Notes under the pieces: model-generated
What the model was told of the DNA's origin: nothing
The model's input: the letters and a program-made list of their open reading frames with translations, nothing else
Databases searched by the model: none
Sequence record: OP310983.1
Direction: 5' to 3' (one strand)
Length of the DNA stretch: 64,000 bases
Part shown: positions 58,137-64,000 of the stretch, piece after piece
Position numbering within the stretch: the first letter of the stretch is position 1
Layout: every line of letters begins with the position of its first letter
Program-made: the position numbers and the translations under genes

Positions 58137-59299
58137 TGGAACAATATCTTAATTCAATCCGTTTAGTTAAAGAACACGGTGTACATAAAGGTGACCGTAC
58201 TGGTACTGGTACTCAGAGCATGTTTGGTCAACAAGAACGTTATAGTCTGCGTAATAATCGGCTACCAGTTGTAACCACCAAGAAGATTCATCTAGCTTCT
58301 GTAATTCATGAATTGTTCTGGATGCTGTCAGGTGATACTAAGGTGGATTACCTGATCGCTAATGGTGTACGCATCTGGAACGAGTGGGTTAAACCTGAAA
58401 CCGCAGTATATGAGCCGATGACCGATGAGGCCGTTCTTAAAGCAGTAACTGCCCTCATTGGTGCCCCATTCGTAATGTACTTACATTGTATGAACGATGA
58501 CTCTACTCCATTCATTGAGACTGTAGCGGAATTCGAGTCGGGTATGACTCCAGAGACTATTCAGGCCTTCTGGGATGAATATCCAGTTAACCGTGAGGAA
58601 ATCCAATACATCATTGGAGTTAGCGTAACGTCGTGGAATAGGTTCGCTACTGAAGGGTTCGATGAAGCCAAAAATCCTGAAGGTATTCGTGCTGAATATA
58701 ACAAGCGACTGTATCGTGCTTTGATGCATAAAGAACCAGAGCGTCTGGTCGGCGGCGATCTAGGTGCTGTTTACGGTAAGACATGGCGTAATCTTGAAGA
58801 CACTCGTGTAATCCCTAAATATGAGTGGTTTGATTATGAGAAGCGTGGTTTTGACTTCGTGGCGGATATCCCAGGTACAACCATGGAAACCGATCGATGC
58901 GTGGTTACTCGACGTATCGACCAAATCCAAGACATCATCGATCAACTTCGCACCAACCCGGATTCTCGTCGGATCATTGTTTGTGCATGGGCGCCACATC
59001 TTATTGATGAGCAGGCACTCCCACCTTGCCACGCATTTATTCAGTTCTGGACCCGTGAACTGACCGTAGATGAACGAGTGCAAGCTCTAGACCAAACCCA
59101 GTTCGAAGCTGATGCTTATCATGATAAGATTAGTGGTGAGATTACTCGTGGTCAACCTCCATTCGATAGTGCTGAGCAGGTTAAAGCACTTCTGCGTGTC
59201 TGTCGTGGTTATGAAAAGGCTACAGATGAAGCAGTAGTAGAATGGCTGGATCAACATGGTGTTCCTAAACGTGCATTGAGTTGCCAACTCTACCAGCGT
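58136..59299 (+). CDS. thyA: Thymidylate synthase, exon 1
   Basis: DRTGTGT, LPVVTTKKIH, GDLGAVYG, ALPPCHAFIQF, LSCQLYQR then in-frame TAA. Confidence 0.95.
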
Positions 59300-60389
59300 T
59301 AAATACTAGCGCCTTCTAGGAGCAATCCTAGTCGAATAACCTATCTAAACGGGGAAACTCTCTATGAGACAATCCCGTGCTAAATTGACTACGGTCATAA
59401 ATGCCTAACGACTATCGAAACCACTCTGAGAAGAGGAAGGGAGTAGAGTAGGACCAAGTGGTCCGAAAAGGTAGGGGTCTCTTTTTAAGAGATCGTGATA
59501 TAGTCTGTCCTGCATGGAGACATGCAGCGGTTTACTTAATGACTCCGCCAGATAAGGAGGGTGTTATTAATGACGTAGCTTATGTGTATTGCCTATTCAC
59601 CAAAGAAGGAAAGGTATATGTCGGAAGTGCGCGAGATTTAGTTAAGCGCGTTCAACGACATTTCAGAGACCTTAGTAATTCCAAGCACCATAACTACCCA
59701 TTACAACAAGAATACGATAACGGTGAAAGATTCTCGTTAAAGTACTATCGTTGTGAAAGTCGGGAATCAGCATTTACACTCGAACAGATGTGGATAACCA
59801 AGCATGAAGAAGAAGGTAACCTTCTTAATATTGGTAGACACTCCAAGGGTGGTGATAACTTAACCAGGCATAACCTCAAAGAACAAATCATCGAGAAGCG
59901 GAGTGATACAATACGTATCAGACTTGATGAGATTGGAGCCGAGGCTCGTCAGGAAAAGTATGGTCGACCAGGTGAGCAGAATGGGATGTATGGTCGTACT
60001 CACACAGAAGAAGTTAAGGTAGCTCTATCCGAGTTACACACGGGTAACACTTACCGTCTTGGCATTAAAGCTAGTGATGAGACAAGAGCCAGGATGTCGG
60101 AGATAGCTTCTCAGAGAACAGGCGAACGTAATCCATTCTACGGTAAAACACATTCCGAAGAAACCAGAAAAAAGTTGGCGGATAACAAACGCGGTATAAA
60201 GCCAACTAACTCAAACAAACTTGAAGTGGACGGTGTTGTTTATTTATCCCAGGCCGATGCAGCTAAGGCTCTCGGAGTATCACAGGGTACAATAACATAC
60301 CGAATTAACAGCAAGAATCCAAAGTATTCTGGTTATAAAGTCATTTAAGTAAACGGCTCAGGATTAACGACCCTGGGTGAACATAAGAG
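59300..60389 (+). mobile_element. T4 td-like group I intron (1090 nt) with GIY-YIG endonuclease
   Basis: CTATCTAAACGGGGAA..CTCTCTA..AGACAATCCCGTGCTAAATTG, AAATGCCTAACGACTATC, GATATAGTCTG..CTGCATGG.GACATGCAG, GATTAACGACC...TGAACATAA..G; exon ends in U, intron ends in G. Confidence 0.93.
59539..60348 (+). CDS. Intron-encoded GIY-YIG homing endonuclease (start uncertain)
   Basis: AYVY...VYVGS...R...H...E...LN; NUMOD3 repeats GEQNGMYGRTHTEE and GERNPFYGKTHSEET; C-terminal HTH. Confidence 0.88.
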   Translation: MTPPDKEGVINDVAYVYCLFTKEGKVYVGSARDLVKRVQRHFRDLSNSKHHNYPLQQEYDNGERFSLKYYRCESRESAFTLEQMWITKHEEEGNLLNIGRHSKGGDNLTRHNLKEQIIEKRSDTIRIRLDEIGAEARQEKYGRPGEQNGMYGRTHTEEVKVALSELHTGNTYRLGIKASDETRARMSEIASQRTGERNPFYGKTHSEETRKKLADNKRGIKPTNSNKLEVDGVVYLSQADAAKALGVSQGTITYRINSKNPKYSGYKVI

Positions 60390-60692
60390 AGCGTCGATAC
60401 TTTCTTAGGAAAACCCTTTAACATCACGTTCTATAGTCTGCTGACTCATATGTTAGCTAACCAAATGAATATGATTGCTGAAGAGTTTATCTGGACTGGT
60501 GGTGATGTACATATTTACTCTAACCACCAAGAACAAACTGATCTTCAATTAACTCGTGAACCGAAGGTTCTACCTACCATCCGTTTTAAAGAAGAAGCTA
60601 TTGGTAAAGATATTCGGGAAATTGGTGTAGATGATTTTGTTATCGAGAACTATGAATATCATCCACACATTGCTGGTAAAGTTGCTGTTTAA
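60390..60692 (+). CDS. thyA: Thymidylate synthase, exon 2
   Basis: AGC GTC GAT ACT TTC TTA GGA = SVDTFLGKPFNITFYSLL...GDVHIYSNH...KVAV; spliced product 488 aa. Confidence 0.95.
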   Translation, partial: SVDTFLGKPFNITFYSLLTHMLANQMNMIAEEFIWTGGDVHIYSNHQEQTDLQLTREPKVLPTIRFKEEAIGKDIREIGVDDFVIENYEYHPHIAGKVAV

Positions 60693-60699
60693 CATAAAC

Positions 60700-60717
60700 G
60701 CCTCCCTTCGGGGAGGC
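60700..60717 (+). terminator. Hairpin terminator
   Basis: GCCTCCC-TTCG-GGGAGGC TTTATTTT. Confidence 0.85.
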
Positions 60718-60774
60718 TTTATTTTCCCTTGGTGGAATAATGAACTTCTTGCTTTTTGAAAAGGTAGGCGAATA

Positions 60775-61596
60775 ATGGATCCACGTCATCCGGTTAGTGA
60801 TGAGATGCGTTCAGTCATTGATACAGAACTAACTAGAATTGAACAGAAGTATGGTGTAAAGGTTATTTATGCCTGTGAGTCCGGTAGTCGTGGTTGGGGT
60901 TTCGCTTCTACTAATAGTGATTATGATGTTCGCTTCATTTATGTTAACCATCCGAGACATTACGTTCGTGTGGATAATAAAGCACGTGATACTATTGAAG
61001 AGATGGTGTCTAAAGAACTAGACCTTGCTGGTTGGAACATCACTAAGACTCTTCAACTTGCTTACAAATCTAATCCCACTCTCTTGGAATGGCTAAACTC
61101 CCCAATCGTTTACCGTAAGGTTGATTGTGACTACAAGTTAATCCGTGATGCTGCACTAAAGCACTTCATTCCTGAATCGAGTTATATGCATTATATCTCG
61201 ATGGCCAAACAAACCAAAATGCGTTGGTTGTCAGATGAGAAGACCCGGATGAAGAAGTACTTCTATTCTCTTCGTCCTCTGTTGGCTGCAATGTGGGTCC
61301 GTGAAAGTCTGGAACATCCACCTATGGTATTCCATGACCTACTACCTATTCTATCAGATCCTATCCTTTATAAACGTATCCAAGAACTGGTTAATGATAA
61401 GGTTGAGTCTACTGAACAGGATCTGATAGATCGTTGTCCTATTTTAGATCAGTTCATAGATTTCCAATTGGGTCGTGAGAAACCAGACTTTGGTAAATAT
61501 AAACGTCCGGACATCTATGCACTTACCGACCTAGCCTGGCATTTTGTTGACCAGTACAAGCTAGATACATTCGTAAAACTACCTGGTACCGAATGA
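60775..61596 (+). CDS. Pol-beta-superfamily nucleotidyltransferase (YcgL/RlaP-like)
   Basis: YACESGSRGWGFASTNSDYDVRFIY, DLAGW, SNPTLLEWLNSPIVY, KKYFYSLRPLLA. Confidence 0.88.
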   Translation: MDPRHPVSDEMRSVIDTELTRIEQKYGVKVIYACESGSRGWGFASTNSDYDVRFIYVNHPRHYVRVDNKARDTIEEMVSKELDLAGWNITKTLQLAYKSNPTLLEWLNSPIVYRKVDCDYKLIRDAALKHFIPESSYMHYISMAKQTKMRWLSDEKTRMKKYFYSLRPLLAAMWVRESLEHPPMVFHDLLPILSDPILYKRIQELVNDKVESTEQDLIDRCPILDQFIDFQLGREKPDFGKYKRPDIYALTDLAWHFVDQYKLDTFVKLPGTE

Positions 61597-61656
61597 AGAA
61601 AATATTAGTCAATAAAGAAAAAGTTTAATACTATCTTATTAAAAGGAAAATATTTT

Positions 61657-62157
61657 ATGTTATTTAAAGATGAACTATGCATCGAAAATATCTTAGTAAA
61701 AGAAAAACTATATCTAGTTAAAAATATTGGTCGGAATCGTGAGGTATATCCTAATCCAGAAGTAATATATAAGGATATTAAGGAATTCACTAAAATGTAT
61801 GGTGTGATTCCAATGCAGTTCTTAGGACCACTGCTTCATGAAATAGTTGAACGAGAAGATTTCGCTTTAAAAGGAAAAGAAGCACAGAAATTCATTGATG
61901 ATAATCCTTATACTTTAATTGGATATAGTAACAGTTTCCTTACTTACTACATTATTCGTAATTATATTATCCCAACTACTACTGATCCAGATTGTAATAA
62001 ATTCACTATTAATCTTTATACATATAAAGAATTTCAAGAAGAGGTTACTAATAGGTTAAACATGTCAGCTTTTTTGACCACCAGTGAACCTTATCGTGAT
62101 TTCTTACTAGCGATGCAAGAACGTCTACTTGCCATCCAGGATATTGTGGAAAATTAA
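61657..62157 (+). CDS. Hypothetical protein
   Basis: AAGGA SD, 166 aa. Confidence 0.7.
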   Translation: MLFKDELCIENILVKEKLYLVKNIGRNREVYPNPEVIYKDIKEFTKMYGVIPMQFLGPLLHEIVEREDFALKGKEAQKFIDDNPYTLIGYSNSFLTYYIIRNYIIPTTTDPDCNKFTINLYTYKEFQEEVTNRLNMSAFLTTSEPYRDFLLAMQERLLAIQDIVEN

Positions 62158-62256
62158 TGAAGTTTAGAATGTTAAAAGTTAATGTATTAAATTTACTCTA
62201 CTACATACTTTACCCTACTCCATATTGGGGTAGGGGTATTAAGGTGGGGTATAAAT

Positions 62257-62550
62257 ATGTCAAGCAACAAACTATCTGCACAACTTAATCGTCATCACAA
62301 TACTCGAATAGTTAATTATTATGTTTCACTAGCTGCAAGTTGTTATGGAGACACCAATCCTTCAGCAAAGGCTAAAGGTAAATGGCGTAAACATAATCCG
62401 TTTAACTGCGGTAGGTCTCGTTGTATGCTATGTGGTAATCCGCGTAAACATTGGAATAGGATTACTCTTAATGAATTAAAAATAAATATTTCATTAAAAG
62501 AGCAACTCAATGATCTTTATGTAGATTATGCTACGCTGACTGAGGATTAA
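62257..62550 (+). CDS. Small basic protein with C-x4-C-x2-CGNPR motif
   Basis: HNPFNCGRSRCMLCGNPRK. Confidence 0.7.
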   Translation: MSSNKLSAQLNRHHNTRIVNYYVSLAASCYGDTNPSAKAKGKWRKHNPFNCGRSRCMLCGNPRKHWNRITLNELKINISLKEQLNDLYVDYATLTED

Positions 62551-62621
62551 ATTATGCATGAAGAATATGAAGCAATTTAATAGTTTAAATTAACCATTCG
62601 AAATAAATTTGGAATTAGCAA

Positions 62622-62744
62622 ATGAAAGTTAAAAATAAGCAACAGCCTAAGTTTGTCAATCTAGCTACCATGCAAGCTGCTTGGCGGCTTAATAATGCAG
62701 AACTCAAAGCTAAACGTGAAGCTAAAGAAAAGCAAAAAGAATAA
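62622..62744 (+). CDS. Small basic peptide (40 aa, absent from track)
   Basis: MKVKNKQQPKFVNLATMQAAWRLNNAELKAKREAKEKQKE, ends just before a terminator. Confidence 0.5.
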   Translation: MKVKNKQQPKFVNLATMQAAWRLNNAELKAKREAKEKQKE

Positions 62745-62760
62745 AACTATTTAGTTGCAT

Positions 62761-62789
62761 AAAGAGAGAGGAATTTATCCTCTCTCTTT
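62761..62789 (+). terminator. Hairpin terminator
   Basis: AAAGAGAGAGGA-N5-TCCTCTCTCTTT. Confidence 0.8.
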
Positions 62790-62930
62790 TTATGTTGTTT
62801 TATAATTTGTATACTACAGGTATATTTCAATATGGAATCTTACTTACACGTACCATTCTAGATAGAAATATCCTAACTGATATGTTTGTTCTTTATTCTC
62901 GGATCACTGAACCTAAAGAGGATTTTTAAG

Positions 62931-63413
62931 ATGGTTGAGCATTTAAATAAAGATAACTTCTTTTCATGGGGTGCTGTAGTAGGTGGTGCGCTATTACAGT
63001 ATTTTGAAAATGGTAAACTTGAAGGTGGGTATGATATATTTAAATTCAGTGATGATGTCAACGGCCTAGTTATTACAGGTGGTATAACGCATCGAAAAAA
63101 TATCGGGATCCTGAATGGTCAAGGTGATGATGAAGATCTGTTTTTAGTATTTGTCATAAGTAATACCAATAGTCCATATGTCGTATGGTATTATGATATT
63201 TATAAAGATAATGAAGGTATTAGTTTTACAAATGCTTCACCTACCAGTGGTCGTATTTTTAAATCAGATACCGATGAAAATAATGACCTGTCAATAAGTC
63301 AATTACTTAAAGTAGTTAAACACTTAGTAGATGAACGAGTTCGTTTAAATAAAAATATAGTTAATTCACCAGGTTATGAAATCATTGAAGAAGATAAAGA
63401 CTTTCAACTATAA
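62931..63413 (+). CDS. Acidic hypothetical protein
   Basis: GAGGA SD before ATG 62931. Confidence 0.7.
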   Translation: MVEHLNKDNFFSWGAVVGGALLQYFENGKLEGGYDIFKFSDDVNGLVITGGITHRKNIGILNGQGDDEDLFLVFVISNTNSPYVVWYYDIYKDNEGISFTNASPTSGRIFKSDTDENNDLSISQLLKVVKHLVDERVRLNKNIVNSPGYEIIEEDKDFQL

Positions 63414-63440
63414 TAAGTCTTTTACAAAGTTACCATAAAT

Positions 63441-63458
63441 ACCTCCCTTCGGGGAGGT
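63441..63458 (+). terminator. Hairpin terminator
   Basis: ACCTCCC-TTCG-GGGAGGT TTT. Confidence 0.85.
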
Positions 63459-63483
63459 TTTATATTGTATTTTTTTGTATTCA

Positions 63484-63506
63484 AACATATTTAAACAGTA
63501 TATTAC
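63484..63506 (+). promoter_or_regulatory. phiKZ-type early promoter
   Basis: AACATATTTAAACAG-TATATTAC (63499-63506). Confidence 0.8.
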
Positions 63507-63542
63507 ACATATGAATTCAATCTTGAAAAAAGGAGATATGTC

Positions 63543-63872
63543 ATGAATATGTCATCTATTTCCACTGGTGTTCTGGTGCTTGGTGGTATTGCATTTGGTT
63601 ACCATCTCTTTGATGGGGCGCGCTCCATTTACAAAGAATGGTCTATGGAATACATTTACAAAAAGCAAATGGCTAAGGTAAAGGAGCAGCTTACCGAATA
63701 TGAAAATAAGTATGTTGAGATTCCATCAATAGCTGAAATAAATATCTATATCGAACCAGTTCTAACTGAAGCTTTAAATAAACTTGATCGGTATAGCTAC
63801 AGCTGCTTCTTACATGATGTCGAACAGTACATCGAGTTTATTATTGATAATTATCGTGTAGTTAATCGATAA
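63543..63872 (+). CDS. Monocistronic early protein with N-terminal membrane anchor (possibly gp241-like)
   Basis: AGGAG SD; ISTGVLVLGGIAFGYHLF hydrophobic segment; own promoter and terminator. Confidence 0.75.
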   Translation: MNMSSISTGVLVLGGIAFGYHLFDGARSIYKEWSMEYIYKKQMAKVKEQLTEYENKYVEIPSIAEINIYIEPVLTEALNKLDRYSYSCFLHDVEQYIEFIIDNYRVVNR

Positions 63873-63884
63873 TAAGAGCATATG

Positions 63885-63938
63885 GCCCTCCCTTCGGGGA
63901 GGGCTATTGCACTAAATTTTATTTGAGATATATATTAC
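63885..63938 (+). repeat. 45-bp terminator-plus-promoter cassette, copy 2, with intact TATATTAC
   Basis: Identical to 48133-48177, then A-TATATTAC (63931-63938). Confidence 0.9.
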
Positions 63939-64000
63939 ATGTGTGTATTACAAAATCAAATTAATGTGTCGAGGTTTTAATAGATGGACGTAGTTACTAA

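Noticed and set aside
59458-59538. GTG-start N-terminal extension of the GIY-YIG ORF
   Set aside because: Runs through the conserved ribozyme core; no SD; not protein-like
60450-60692. 80-aa stand-alone ORF
   Set aside because: Internal Met of thyA exon 2, which begins at 60390
27277-60692. tmk + dcd + thyA as a modified-base pathway
   Set aside because: Motifs are those of canonical enzymes, and no hydroxymethylase or glycosyltransferase neighbours are seen; ordinary dTTP supply for an AT-rich genome suffices
33018-61790. Short opposite-strand or out-of-frame track ORFs (e.g. 33937, 38006, 42810, 53508, 57794, 58760, 61605)
   Set aside because: Fully nested against well-supported genes; no independent signals

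Overview
AT-rich segment of a nucleus-forming jumbo phage (Chimalliviridae), most likely a Pseudomonas phiKZ-type virus. Gene order and sizes match my recollection of phiKZ gp169-gp241; this assignment comes from recall, not from a search. The left 25 kb is a conserved virion block: head maturation protease, virion RNA polymerase beta and beta-prime subunits, a 2.2k-aa tail/lytic transglycosylase protein and structural genes. The rest is mostly short + strand accessory operons between GC-rich hairpin terminators and TATATTAC early promoters, with tmk, dcd, thyA, an SF2 helicase, an AAA ATPase, a SLOG protein, an SspB homologue and a nucleotidyltransferase. Two group I introns can be placed to the base. 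One splits the RNAP beta-prime catalytic GAD/FDGD motif and carries an HNH endonuclease. The other is a T4 td-like intron in thyA, at the YQR/S codons, with a GIY-YIG endonuclease. Top leads: a Tad1-like immune-signal sponge with an N-terminal extension, an unexplained structured RNA-like intergenic element at about 39.2 kb, the thyA intron, an SspB mimic that keeps a ClpX-binding-type tail, and a 45-bp terminator-promoter cassette duplicated 15.75 kb apart. No CRISPR array, tRNA or rRNA was seen.
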